Counted from the first letter of the whole stretch, positions 23,554 through 36,278 are shown. The stretch: 59,640 bases of DNA, filler included, from Sphacelaria rigidula (GCA_964200075.2; 6 parts of 6 records of this genome joined end to end with filler, not necessarily neighbours in it); one strand, 5' to 3'. Notes: generated by a model not told the origin, from the letters alone. Made by a program: numbers and translations.

Positions 23554-25483
23554 TTGAGCTACAACGTACACATCGAGATCCTCGGGATGTTTTCCGTAAT
23601 TTTGGGTTGTGGATTATATCAGAGTTGGGAAAAGGCCCGTCCAGTGGCTGAGCGGTCGAGTCAGGGAAGACAAATAGTTCAAACATGAGAATAGATTTAG
23701 CGTCACAAAAATGAGTGTCTTTCATCATTAAAACTCTGGGTAAGTTCTAACTGCATCGTGCGTCGTGTTGCCGACAGGGCTGACAGGGTTGAACTATTCG
23801 ATTCGACGACCATGCTTTTGCTCCTCCAACGGGTCGCCCTTTCGATGAAAGTACACCGCTTAGAAATATTCGATGACTGAAAGAGAAAATTCCCGGGTCG
23901 AAAACGGAGAAGCCGACTTCTACATTAGGTTCCGCGATGCACTTGGATTCAAAATGTTGCGCGACACTTGGATAGGAGGTAACTTCGCCATGTTTATAGC
24001 ACCACCTCGCTCAGCGACCTGATCTCTTAAACGTAGCATGTGTGCGTCTCACCCGTAAGGTGTTTTCGAAAAGACTTTCAAGAGAACACCGTACAGTGCA
24101 CAGTTGTGCGGTGCACCTGGCGATGTGTTTCCCGTACCGTCAGACGGTAAACCGAAGTGGAGGGAATATAATTCGCTGAGCACCGCACGTTGAACATATT
24201 TCAAGGTTACCGTCCCGATTTCGTGGACTGGAAACTGACGGAACTCGCTTGGCTGTTGGTCCTTTTCCCCCTCTCACTTAGTTCTCGATCCACATCTGGA
24301 GACGTCTGGCGAGAATGTGCGACTAGTGATGAAAGCTACTATATGAGACCACATATTATATTGTACAACTTGGGTCTTCACGTAACTGTGACGAAAATTT
24401 CACATGCTGTAGCAGAGATGATCCAACTATATCACTTCGGCTCCCTTGCGCGCGCGCTTGCTCTAGATCCCTAGCATTGAATACTGCCCGGGAACAACCT
24501 ATATCCAAAAATGAGCAGCGGCTGAGCCAGGGCCGACCAGAGGTTAGCGTAAGTTCTTCCAACATAGGGATTGTCCGAACTTGATGAACTGGACAAACCG
24601 GAAGGATTGGAGCTGAAAGTGCTGACGTTGAAATATCTGGAATAGGGAGAACCTACAGCAGAGGAATGAGAAGGGGTTTATCGTTTCCGACTCTCCGCCG
24701 TCGCAGTCAAACCGTTCGACCGCTCATAGGCAACTTACTTGTGCACGCCGGACAAATTTCTGCAGCGTGTACACCGCTCGCGTTCTCATGAGCGAGCGCA
24801 CCCTGATCAGCTGCCTACCAACCTGTCAGAATAGAAGTCAACTCAAGACAACCCCCGGAAAAAACGGACAGATGAGTACAGGCAGACAGGCAGGCAGACA
24901 AACAGGGAGATATACAGACAGACGGAAAGATAGATACGCGAAGATACGCACAGGGAGACAGACAAAAGGAGACAGGCAGACGGAACGACGGGCACACAGA
25001 GACAAACAGGTAAAGCCTCGTTTGATTAGAGGAGTGTGGGGAAAACATTTCAAATGGTATGGTGATCGGCATTGAAGAAACTACCAGCGAGAAACCGCAA
25101 CCCTCAGTGCCTTGCAACGTCAACGTGGTAGAGACATCTTATGTGAAGTAGTATCACATGAATAACTTCCGGTAAAGATACATCTACTACCCGAGACACA
25201 ACCGCCCATCTCATGTGCGCTCTAAGCTGTAGGCATGAGCGCCCTCCTGCCAGGCGCATTTACTCCGACCACAGATACTCAGCGATTTCGAATTCCCCCC
25301 CTCTCTCGCCACCGTTCGGACTTCGTCCTCTTCGCATCCCGCATTGCGTAATCCGTTGCCGACTAGCACTTCTGGGCCACATGAATCGACATCTGTCAGG
25401 ATCACTGCATTTGGTGAGGCGATCACAAGCCGGGCCATAGATTGGTGGGGGGAATGATCTGAAGCATACTTTTAATGCTTTAC

Positions 25484-25579
25484 CTTCTCTCGGATAACGT
25501 ATCCCCGGATGATTCGCTGAACGGCTGCGGCTGATCGAAACAAACGTTCTCGCTCTATCGCTTTCAGTTGGAGCAGCAT
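25484..25579 (-). CDS. IQ-motif protein, exon e (MLLQLKAIERERLFRSAAAVQRIIRGYVIREK)
   Basis: AAACAG acceptor, AAG|GTAAAG donor, VQxxxRGxxxR motif, phase 0/0. Confidence 0.8.
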
Positions 25580-26145
25580 CTGTTTGATTCCAATGGAAAC
25601 GACATCAACGGACAATAGCCCCACCCTTCAGTCGAGTGGTAAGATCATACACCAAACGTGTCCCCCTGAGCCCACGTACGTAGTATGATATTCTGTTTGG
25701 CAGCGTGTTCTACAGCAGCTAACCTGGGCTGTAAAAACCGATCATTAGGGCATAGGCTGAGAGCCACTGTGTTTGCGGTGGGTTGTGAATCTGGTTCAGC
25801 TGTGCTGGTGCGTTTGTGGGAGTGAAGATATTTATTTTTCTCCAAATGTATTGCAGTTGCTTGTTGGCAATATCTGATGTTTTGTTCGAGATGCGTTGGT
25901 TCCACCTTCCTTGACTATGACAGGCACCCCTAGTTCACGCAGCAGCTGAACTTCGACCTCCGGTAGATATTACTGTGTGACAATACGCCGGCAAAACTTG
26001 AGCACCGCGCGAGTTGCGGAGGCGTGCCGTGCTACCTGCACTTGAAGCTATATGCAAGCACCACCAGGTTCACAGCTTCTCTTTCCCATCCTCCCCGTGA
26101 TTTGAAAAGTGCCGCAGCCGACCATCCTGCGAAAGGGTATCTTGC

Positions 26146-26221
26146 CTTGTAACGACGCCACTGCCCCTGAATCATGGTGGCTGCCATATACTGAATCACG
26201 CGTCTGCGGTTCCCAGTCACC
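26146..26221 (-). CDS. IQ-motif protein, exon d (VTGNRRRVIQYMAATMIQGQWRRYK)
   Basis: CAG acceptor in phase 2, IQ motif; the best phase-compatible donor is non-canonical AAG|GCAAGA. Confidence 0.75.
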
Positions 26222-26763
26222 CTGCGAGCCGCTCATCACAAACGAAAAGCATCAAAGAGAAACGGCCCGAGATCCCGCTCGCTAACCACATTGGAATGAA
26301 CTCCATCTTGAGGCGGTGCAACTAGGTTCAACGCGATGACGAGCTACTTAACACGTGCCTGAGGGTAATCATGCCATCGGTTAGAACACATTCGCTCAGT
26401 GTGCATGTAGGTGACGATATAATGCTGCAGATCTTTCCTGTTGCCGCTTGGTGCGTTTTGATATGGTCGGCGTTGTACCCTCGGTGATAGCACCTCCTTT
26501 GTGGAGGGTTTAATTATTCGTTTCCGGTTCGGCATCGTACATTTTAGCTAGCTTTAGGCGGGCGACGCAGGTTTGCTTTCCCCCCGTTGCGTGTCGTTTT
26601 CATGCCAACAAATGTGTAAGGAGACAAGACTAAAATGGTGAAAAGCAGATCCTACGCTGTTTTGCAGAACGGCGACAAGTCCCAGCGTCCTTCAGTCCTG
26701 CCCTCGGCGACTGGATGTACGACATGAAGTCGATACCGCCCCCCCCTGGTCTGATTGGCCCAC

Positions 26764-26820
26764 CTTAGAACTGGTTTGGGCAGAGTTGAGGGTTGCAAGC
26801 CCAGCAGGCACGATTTTTCT
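26764..26820 (-). CDS. IQ-motif protein, candidate exon c (EKSCLLGLQPSTLPKPVLR)
   Basis: CAG acceptor, AAG|GTGGGC donor, phase 2/2 compatible; no motif support. Confidence 0.5.
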
Positions 26821-27248
26821 CTGAGAATTACCAAATAATTGTCGTTCAATACTTCGGGATGTGAGCAGCAAAGGACATTTGACAAGAGCCAACGCGGTGT
26901 GGGTGTTCTGATTCAATCCGCGTTACCATGACACCAGGAATGTATCGCGAAATATGGTTCGCTTTCTTGAGAATAGGAAGGCACAGCATGTTTTTGCCAC
27001 GAGTAAGACCTCGAATTGTTCGTTCGGGGGTTTGAATTGACTGGGTGGTGCGAATTTCAGCGAAGCAGAGGATCAGATCGAGATTTTGGTCTGGAAAAAG
27101 TAGTTCGGGTCTAATCTTGGTTGATTCGGTGGTACATGCCAAGAAATCACTCTCCCATATCAGATGATACAGCTGTCGTTCGTCCAGGCGTCAACGAACG
27201 GAATGATACTAACTATCGTTTCTGTGAATACTCATTCCGCCCGCGTAC

Positions 27249-27335
27249 CTCGCGCCTAGCCTCCTCCTGTATTGGGTTTGGATCATGACGGCGGAACAAG
27301 ACCGTTTCTCCACCCAAGCCCTCACCCGCGCGTAC
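27249..27335 (-). CDS. IQ-motif protein, exon b (YARVRAWVEKRSCSAVMIQTQYRRRLGAR)
   Basis: AAG acceptor, GAG|GTACGC donor, IQxxxRxxxxR motif, phase 2/2. Confidence 0.8.
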
Positions 27336-29088
27336 CTTGAAACGAGCGCCACGGTGTTTACGATCGGGAGGTGGAGATGAGACTTCCTCAGTCAGTGCGT
27401 TACGCGGGTTCTTATCGGAGAGGGTAAATAGTTGGGAGAAAAAAATGTCTGACAAAATGGCGAGCCCTTGGTCGCCGCGATACCACCCTCCCCCAAACAG
27501 TGCTCCAGACTCGTTTTTGCGGACATGATTTTAGGAAGTGGGAAAAAAACACTTCCTGATATCATTTTATGCCAAGAAACGTTTTGTTTCAGCCTGAAGA
27601 AGAACATATATGCCGGGGTGACTGGGGCATATGAAAAAGCCTGGCACATATCCCAGCACAGCCAGAGGTGAGCTTGAGGAACTTGTTGTCGCCGCGAACC
27701 AAAAACACGCAACTCGAGCCGTAGCTGCTGCGCATCAGCTGAGCACGCTGTGCTTGACCTTGCTCACATGGGAAACGACTATTCTTGTGAGACGCGCGCA
27801 CAGCACACTTACACGAAGGATCAACAGTGGTATGTTTGTCGGCTGTGCTTTGACACGCACGCGGCCACCCTTCCTCCAACTCACAGAATGGATTTTTTAT
27901 CAAGCAAACGCTGCCATGTGTAGACCAGCAAGGGCTAGCGCTGGAGCTATTGCGTGTGAGTAGTGCATGCCTATATGCGTTTTTTCGGGGCTCGGCGTGC
28001 AGGCCTTGTATTGCCTAGCTGTATCTTGCCGATAGCAGTACAAAGATGTTGGACTAAGAACGAGCACTTCCAGCATCGCCGCATTTCTCAACCCGTGTGC
28101 AGATCTGGGCTTCGATGTGCATAAAACATATGATTGATAAGACTCAAACTAGTCGCCGTGAGGACAACGTTTTTACAGACACGGTCACAAGACAACCGAT
28201 TAATCGCCTTCGATAATAACCCGCCTTACTGCGGAACAAAACCGGTTTTGCATGAGTTCGAGCAACGGAACGTGCTCAAGATTTCAAACATGAGAGCAAG
28301 ATTCTTCCGCTTACCGAGGATTTGCGTTGGGGGAGGGCGGCAGACTATCTCACTGCCGACCCCCGATTTCGATCATAGTTAGCACATCTCACTGAGAAAA
28401 CTGCACGACTTTAGCCCGGTAAACTGGTCGAATTCGAAGAGCTAGTGCTTCTCGGAGAGGATGCGAGGTACTATGCAACTGGCTGGCGTTGCGACAAGCA
28501 CCGCAGATAGCCGACGTTTGTCCGGAGCAGCACAAACAAGTCATGAATGATCAGACGCCAAGAATGTTTGTGCAATTTTGGCTCTTCAAGCACTGCATAA
28601 TGTGAAAAAAAATGTAGCAGCATTCCTGGTAAAGGCTGCCGGCGAGTACATCGTTCAATGTACACTCGGAGTGTTTCAGGCTTGAAGCTCAATACTGCGG
28701 CGTAACTCGCTCGCTTTTTTTGTGTAAGGTATCCGAAAATAATCACCGGGGTGACATGGCGCGAACAAGAATGGTCTGCCTCGTGCGGGATTGCAGGATA
28801 TACACAGTAACTCGTGAAATAGATGATTTAGGAGGTTGTTCAATTCTAATTTATGTCGTGGCTGAATATACATGTGTTCACTCTGAGTGAGTCTTCTGGG
28901 AGCCGACGGTTAGTACGTTGGTTTCGAAAATTACGCTGGTATACTAGGGAATGCTTTTCAGGTCATTAATTACCGGTCTGTTTCTGGTCGGATGCTATGT
29001 GAACAAAAAAAGTGCCGAAGCCGACTTCCGATCGTCTGCGAAACTATCCACACGTAGACCCTTTACCACCAAAATGAAGGCAGCGTAC

Positions 29089-29253
29089 CGGAGTCTCCGT
29101 CTGGCAAATATGCCTCTTGCCCAGCACTGCAGCGTCCGCGCTGCTCGTCGCCGCCGCAGTAAAAACGCCGCAGCCCTTCTCTTCCCCAGCGTTTGGCGGG
29201 CTAGGAAGAATCGAAACGCCGCCTGTATACTCTTGGCCGCTGCTCTGTGCCGC
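29089..29253 (-). CDS. IQ-motif repeat protein, exon a (RHRAAAKSIQAAFRFFLARQTLGKRRAAAFLLRRRRAARTLQCWARGIFARRRLR)
   Basis: CAG acceptor, GTACGC donor, two IQ-type motifs; frame absent from the ORF track; phase 2/2. Confidence 0.85.
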
Positions 29254-29871
29254 CTGCGTCATTTTTGATAAACAAGTACACGCACAGTTGCTCAGTGTCG
29301 GCCAAGTGTTTGGAAGCATCACAATGCTCATTTTCAAGCTGCGAGTATGTCAAGAACAAATAGAGAGGAAATATGCGGGGAGTGTAAGTCAGGTCTATGT
29401 TTCGTAGAGGTAAAGTTTCACCCGTCAGTCCGTCCTAGATATTCCGTTAATATGTCTGCGGGCGAGTATTTGGGTCATGGGATGAGGTGGGCTGTGGAGA
29501 ATGAAGGTTGTTTAGACGACAGACATGGGGGTGCGCGGGGGGGTGAATTTCAGCAACACCGCAGTCGGGTGTATGGACCATGATCATAAGCTTATCTCAT
29601 AAGCTCTACTCTGAGTTCATTGACCCCTCCTCCACAAGACTGTGACTTGGACCCTCATTCGAGTGATCCTATGGTGGGAGGGGGGGGGGGGGTCATGATC
29701 TGGCATGCCGTCGTCATATGACCAGTGACCTCACATCCCTACAAAGCCGGGACGGAGCGCGCCGGGGGTTCNNNNNNNNNNNNNNNNNNNNNNNNNNNNN
29801 NNNNNNNNNNNNNNNTTAATTAATTAANNNNNNNNNNNNNNNNNNNNNNNNNNNNNNNNNNNNNNNNNNNN

Positions 29872-30010
29872 GAAAGGGATGCGTGGTCAATGGTCAAACG
29901 ACTGAGGCAAGCAACATATGAGTACGCCCCCCCCCCCCCCCCCCCCATCTTTCGTCTCGAAAGAGATGCGTGGTCATGGTCAAACGACCGAGGCAACAAA
30001 TGAGCACGCC
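29872..30010 (+). repeat. Family D, two tandem copies separated by a C-run
   Basis: GAAAGGGATGCGTGGTCAATGGTCAAACGACT..GGCAAGCAACA.ATGAGTACGCCCC present twice. Confidence 0.85.
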
Positions 30011-30069
30011 CTCCCTCCCCTCCCCCCTGCCTCCTGCGTCACCCCGCTCTCGAAGCCGTGCCTGTAAAG

Positions 30070-30219
30070 GACACGCCGCAATCTCTGCTGGAGCAAAGGA
30101 GAAGCCTGGAGCGGAAGCTACTGAGGGGCATCGTTGTCGCTGGGGTCATGGAGACGGATAAGTCTGAGATCGCACGATCCGCGAGCGCTGGGGAATTGAG
30201 AAAACCCGAGCCCAATGAG
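30070..30219 (+). CDS. Exon of an uncharacterised low-complexity protein (DTPQSLLEQRRSLERKLLRG...KPEPNE)
   Basis: 50 open codons, AAG acceptor, GAG|GTGAAG donor, phase 0 joins 30897. Confidence 0.6.
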
Positions 30220-30838
30220 GTGAAGCGAACATGAATTTCGGATGGTGTGCTGATTCTTGTTCTCTCGTGATCTGCGGGGAGCATCGAAGGCACCGCTACT
30301 AGACGCCTTGGCGTTTGTGCTTCAAAAGGCTGGTGATGTAAGCGCTTCCGGTTAAAGTAGAGGGTGTGGTGGTGCGTGAGGTGGAATGTGACGCGGACAT
30401 CTGGCCAGATGGGGAGAGAGCTGATGTCATTTTTTTCTCCCGTGGAAAAGCTGTGATTGTTGGATTTCGTGCTTGCATGTGTGTGTGTGTGTGTGTGTCG
30501 GCCGTTCAGCGTCACGCCTCGATGATGTTTTAGTATTCTGCGTGTATTCCAGAAAGGTATGGCGCCGTAGAAGGGACACTTTTGTTTGCTGAATAACGCA
30601 CGACCCTAGTTACTTGGACTATCTGCGTCTCTGTAGCTTTCACCATTCGACTGGTCCTCCTGCGCACACGGTGTCCACCGTCTCCACGCCGGTGATATCC
30701 ATTCCTCATCTTTGTCCCCTCCCTCGCGTATTTCATTCGGTCCGTCTCGCCAATTTTCAATTCACCTGTGGATATTTTTTTTCTTTAATATGTGATTGCT
30801 CGGACTCTTGGTTGCCTGCCTGCCTGCCTGCGTCCCGT

Positions 30839-30880
<42 letters not shown>

Positions 30881-30896
30881 ACACATGCACATACAG

Positions 30897-32130
30897 AAGG
30901 CAGGGTCGGCTGGTGGGCGCCTCCTCCAATCGGCGCACTTTCCTCGACCGGCCTCCATATCCGCCACCGATATCCGGGAGCAATTGAGGCCACCCCAGCC
31001 CCATGCCAAGACGACCCTGGCGGTCGCTCTCGCCGACGCGCGCGCGGCGGCCCAGACGGATACTGAACGGGTTGCCGCCGCCCGGACGGCGGCAGGGGCG
31101 GCGGCGGCGGTAGCGGCCGCCGCCGGTGGTTGCTCGGCAGTCGGAAAGGGCTCCATGGTCGAGGAGGAGGCAACGGTGTTGTCCGTGAGGAGGAATATGG
31201 CGGTGAGTGCGGCGGAAGAAGGAAGTAGTCGTGACAAGGCCGGGCACAGCGGCGAAGGGCGTGCTGTTCCTGTACCTGTGGCTGGTCGAGATAGTGGGGG
31301 GAGTCCGTCGGCTGTCGGGGTGGGGCGTGATGCCGTTCAGGGTATCTCGGCTGGAGTATCTCCTCCTGCGGTTGCGGCAGAAAGTGGACGGGCGCAGCAG
31401 GCGCATCCGAACACGGCCGCCTTGAGACGGATAGATAATGCGATGGGTGAGACAGAGGGTGAATATGCCGTCAGCGATCGTCCGACGTCTTCATGCGTGC
31501 ACGTCGGTGACGGGGGCAGCGCTGGCGGCGGTGGCTCTCGCAATCAACAGGGATCCGGAAGCTCTGATTATTTTTTCTTGTCCGATGTTTCGTCCGACGG
31601 GATGATGCGCACTCCAGGGCACGGAAGCGGCTTGGGGAGGAAGGCCACGTCTGCTGCCCCCGGCTCGGCGGCCGCAGCCTCATTGGAACGAAGGGCAGAC
31701 ACTAGAAGTGAAGACGATGGGAGCGCCCACGATCATCCGCGGTTGTCTCTAAGCCCCGCCTGCAGCGTTGGGGATGCGACTGTGGCTCTCCGAGCGACCG
31801 AGTCGGACCAGCAGCAGCAGCAGCAATATGAGGACGAGGGTGAGGATGAGGGTGAGGATGATGAGGATGAGGATGAGTTTGAGTATGAGGACGAGGACGA
31901 GCTGCTGCAGCGGCACCTGGGAGGGGCGGGTTTTGCGGGCGATGATGACGAAATATCCTCGCGCGACAAGGGGGGGGATCCAGATGATGATAGTGTTTTC
32001 GCCATGGCTATGATGAGGGAGGGGGGTGCCTACAGTCCCTTCCAAAAGCCGCCTCTTTCTGTGACTTCGTCTGGGGGTTCTTCTATGCTGAAGACGCCAA
32101 AGCTGACTAAAGACAGGAAGAAAGCGGGGG
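30897..32130 (+). CDS. Large exon: Ala/Gly/Ser-rich, probably disordered region with poly-Q and a D/E acidic tract
   Basis: Within the 449-aa ORF; TACAG acceptor, G|GTGAGT donor (phase 1); GC-rich coding composition. Confidence 0.85.
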
Positions 32131-32142
32131 GTGAGTTGTGAG

Positions 32143-32144
<2 letters not shown>

Positions 32145-32193
<49 letters not shown>
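32145..32193. repeat. (TG)n microsatellite just inside the intron; an (AC)n tract precedes the same exon at 30840-30885
   Basis: Directly visible. Confidence 0.95.
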
Positions 32194-32196
<3 letters not shown>

Positions 32197-32510
32197 CGTC
32201 TTGTTTATTTCCCCCCCTCAGACCCCCCTCAGTTATTTATGTCAACTGTTATATATCGCCCCTCCTTTTCATTCCTGGCCAGTATAGTGTTCCGGACGAC
32301 TATTCGCGCTCTTTTCTGCGCGCAGTCCTGGTATGGGGTATATGCAGGATGAGGGCTGCACGTGAATGAAACACCAAATTCATCATGGTAACGCAGCAAT
32401 CGTGGGATGTACATTGGCATGCGGTGGTTTTTTGTACTGCTCATAAAAAAACAGACCTATTACGATGCAAAGAACTGGACAAGGATGAAAATGCAGCCCC
32501 TGAAATCTCC

Positions 32511-32800
32511 CAGGGGTCGAACAAATCATGATTCGTCTGGAAATTACTTGGTTTCAGTATAATTGATTCGAATCGTACTAATCAATCCCTAGGCTTTTTT
32601 TTCAGTGTTGCAACCCAGGTACGCGCAGCCCAAACACGCGGAATGGCGCAAAAGTTGCGCGGATACCCCTAGGACCAGCGGTCAACTTTTTTCGCCCTTT
32701 GGGGCAATCAGGCTGAAGAAATCGTGGATTTGGTGATCTTTAGTCGTGATGATTCGTCCTAACCGTCAAATCTTCACGCCGCAACGGGAAATTTTCTTCA
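32511..32800 (+). mobile_element. hAT-like family C copy (right boundary uncertain)
   Basis: Starts CAGGGGTCGAACAAATCATGATTCGTC; collinear with 54260-54545 and 59435-59640. Confidence 0.8.
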
Positions 32801-33433
32801 TATTTTCCCCGCGCTGGCGGACATTGGTTGGGGGCGGTCACGACCAATCCGGAGATGTTCCCATGAAATATGATTTCTGTTCCGTTTTGTCCCTTCTTTT
32901 TACGATTCGTTTTCGTAAAATTTTGGCCCGAATAAGGTCACCCCCTTCATTCCTTCAGGCGCCTCGCCCCTTCAGTTTATCCTCGACAGCCCATTGTACA
33001 CAGGAAGTCCGAACCTTTTGTTTTCGCCACAACGCTTCCCTCGGGGGCATCAAGATGAACTTGTACGCGTGTCATGGAGCAGAGTACACACACCCCTCTT
33101 CCCGTCAAGTTATCAGCAACCGTTTTTTTTTTTCCTGTTTGGCTTGTGTGTACCTACTGTCATGGCTGGCCAGGCGGAAACATGCCGCACGGTGTATAAT
33201 GCAGCATGTACATTTGAACGCTGCTACAGCCGCGTTGTAAGCAAAAGCCGCGGCCTTTTTTATCAGTGCGGCGTTGTCCACGCCTTCGCTAGCTTGGCGG
33301 CCTTCGCGCTTTTTGGCAAGGTTTATCGTGTTGTGAACGCACAAGTATTTTCTGGCAGTCCTGTCACGAGGCAATCAGCCAGGTAGGTCGATCAGCTGCA
33401 ATTGGTGTAGTCCGCCGCGGAATCAAGCAGTCC

Positions 33434-33703
33434 CTACTGTGACACTTTTTACGATAGTCCCCCCCCCCAAAAAAAAAAAAGTGCATGGTTTTTAGAGGCA
33501 AAATCTTCACGTAAATCGAAATGGGGAAAGCCGAGCACAACGAGAAGCTGTGAGTTCCCACCCTTGGGTTCGTTTTAGCCAATGTCGCCAATACGAGGCG
33601 CTTCATGCAGCCTGAACCCGAACATCAGGCGCTGTATGGCCATTTTTTTCGTGACACTTTTAGTTGGTTTTTTGGGGGGGGGTATCGTAGAAAGTGTCCT
33701 GTA
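33434..33703. mobile_element. ~270 bp MITE
   Basis: GACACTTTTTACGATA..CCCCCCCCAAAAA vs TTTTTGGGGGGGGTATCGTAGAAAGTGTC inverted termini. Confidence 0.7.
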
Positions 33704-34667
33704 GTTGTAATATTGTGTACTGTGCAGTCCACCAGTCCTCCATACGCTACAAAATCCACTATTGAACGAGTATGCAGTGGTATCTCGGCATCACATTCCA
33801 ACAGTCCAGGCGTAGGTAATGCTGCCCTTGCGTACACGCCCGCGGCAGCACTGGCACTGACCAGACGGCTGGGTGGATGCGATGTTGGACGTACATAACA
33901 AAATGAAGGGAATATTTAGCTGATATCTGCTTCAGCGAGAAGTGTTTCCCTGTTCCGACTCTGATCGCAAGTAAGTGATTCACTACGTGTGGCCATCTTG
34001 TTTCTGGTCCTGTTCACGCACCTCACGTTCCCCTCCTCGCCCTTCCTCCTCTCGTGCTCCGTCTCGAAAGGGATGCATGGTCAATGGTCAAACGACTAAG
34101 GCAAGCAACAAATGACTACGCCCCCCCGCCCCCTCTCCTCCCCCTCTTCCCTCGAAGATTTTTTGCGCATTACGGCCCCCCGCAGATGTCGTGTCGAAAC
34201 GAACCGCAGCGCTCGAAGTGCCATTCGGGGAACCCCAGGCATCACGCAAGAAAACATGGGGGAATCGACCCCCCCGGATGGATTCTGGTCTTTCGTATTC
34301 ACCCCTCGGGGCCATGAAATCTCCACTAGTCGCTCTTATTTTTCTTCGTTTATCATTTCCTGTTGCGTGCCGGGATATTCCCATGATTCTCAAACAAAGC
34401 CCCACACACGTCACGCGTGGGGATCTTGTCCTCCCCTCATCGATCCGGGAACGGTTCTCTTGAGAAAATGTATCGTCACGGAAATTCTGTCATCCTCCAG
34501 CGGGAGGCAGCGGTGCATCACAACTCGTATCTCCGCGGTGTCATTCGTGCTCATACTCGAAACGTCCGCTCAGAAGAATTGATTCCACGGCCATGTCCTG
34601 GTGGCCCACACATTCGACCCAGTTGGCTATTGCCTCCCACACCCTGGGTATGGTGACTTGATTTTTG

Positions 34668-34805
34668 CACACCCTGGATAATGGAAAGCGTTGTCGAAAA
34701 GTGTACTGCGTACAGTATGGAATATATTTTCTGATACAATAGACGCAATAGTCGATAATTTACGCAGTACACTTTTTGACTACGTAATGCGTTGTCCAGG
34801 GTGCA
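34668..34805. mobile_element. hAT-type MITE family A with exact 8-bp TSD
   Basis: GATTTTTG|CACACCCTGGA...TCCAGGGTGCA|GATTTTTG. Confidence 0.88.
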
Positions 34806-35032
34806 GATTTTTGCGGGTTTGTGGGTCGGAATAATGTCTTTATTTCGGGGGTTCTGCGGGGGGGGGGCAGGGGTGGAATGTGCAAGCAAGCTCGAAGCCT
34901 ACAGTTTTCAGGGCTATGCTTGATTCACAGCTCGTAGACTACCGCGCGAGTGTGGTCGCCGAAGGATGGAAGCCCCCTCATGTTTCGCCGCAACTCCCTG
35001 TCGTGCCCGATCTACCTGTTCCCGTCTTGTAG

Positions 35033-35676
35033 GCCGATTTACCCGAAGCAACAGCAGCAACGGCTCGAGACGGATGCAAGCCAGGGCCTCCTCGACCCGA
35101 AAACTTACCAGGAAACCATCCGCCGCGTCCCCAATCAGCGTCGGCGGCGGCAAGGTGCGCACCACTCGACCAAAGTCGTACGGGTCCAACGGAAGCCTAG
35201 GTGGTAAACGAAAATCATCGCGAGGTTCTAAAGCTAGCATGTCGAACGATGAAGGGCCGTCGGCCGTCGGGGGAAATGGTGGCGGGCGGAAGAGCGGCAG
35301 CCGAGGTACGGGCGGCCGCCGTGATGGCGACATACGGTTGGGTCTAGGTACAAGCGGCCGCCCACGCTCCAGTGCCGCTTATGCTGCCGGTATGCAGGGC
35401 GCAGGCCGGATGAGGCCCCGGAGCGTACCCGATCGATCGAGGAGCACGTCCGACGCCGTAAAGACAATCGCCGAGCGGCGATATTTATTGGGTCCCGGGC
35501 AGGGGGGTGACCGCTCCCCTGAACGTGCGTACAGTTGTTCCTTCAACGCTGCTGGGCGTGATGTCGGTGCTTTACGCGAGCGAGCGCAGATGGCGCTCGG
35601 CGAATATGAGATTTCGCGGCGGGTGTCGGATGAAGTGGATGAGGAGGAGCGGCACTACGTGAATCCCATGATGCAG
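35033..35676 (+). CDS. Next exon: basic Ser/Gly/Arg-rich region ending ...EEERHYVNPMMQ
   Basis: Within the 241-aa ORF; TTGTAG acceptor in phase 1 matching 32130; CAG|GTTGAG donor. Confidence 0.85.
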
Positions 35677-35993
35677 GTTGAGTTTTGTTGACGAAGGGAA
35701 TTGTTTTGGCAGTGCGAAATCGTTAACTCAGCATGGTGAAGGTCGAAGTAGAAGAAAACCTCATCTCGGGGTGATATGCACCGAGTCACTTCTGTGAAAC
35801 GAATTGTTTTGACTCAGCGAAACCATGCTTTTCACTATGAGAAATTATCAACCGGGGGGTAATACAGTATGCAGTGTCAACTTGGTGAATGGAAATGTTT
35901 TGGTGATGCGGTACCGTTTTTACTCACAGAGAAGATCAAATGCTGGAAAATATTCAAAAATTCATCGTCACCCTGGGCGTGATGTACACGGTC

Positions 35994-36278
35994 ATTTTTT
36001 TGTTCTCACTTCTAACCCCTCTCCTTCCTCGAGACGACTCCGTGGTCGCGAGGAATCAACCCATCTCTCCCCCGGTACTCATCTGACAGTTCGGTATCGT
36101 GGATTAGATCATGATCAAACACTTCCGCACAGCGTCGACTGTCGTGTATCAAACTCAGCCAAACAGTCTCTCTTTGTTACTTGAACGTGAGCTTGAAAGA
36201 TGAAAATCAGATACTTTAGCGAACCCGCGTTTTTTCGCGCCCTAATGGTGGCAGTTGCACAATGAGGCCACCGGGGCG
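35994..36278 (-). mobile_element. SINE family J, near full-length
   Basis: Head CGCCCCGGTGG..CCATTAGG shared with 7921; body and A-rich tail collinear. Confidence 0.75.

Noticed and set aside
29695..29725. Resemblance of the family E head to the 18S rRNA 5' end (GATCCTGCCAGTAGTCATATG)
   Set aside because: Short, gapped match that does not extend; other copies match less well
30757..32045. Overlapping minus-strand ORFs (214, 138, 120, 98 aa and others)
   Set aside because: Shadow ORFs of the GC-rich plus-strand exon
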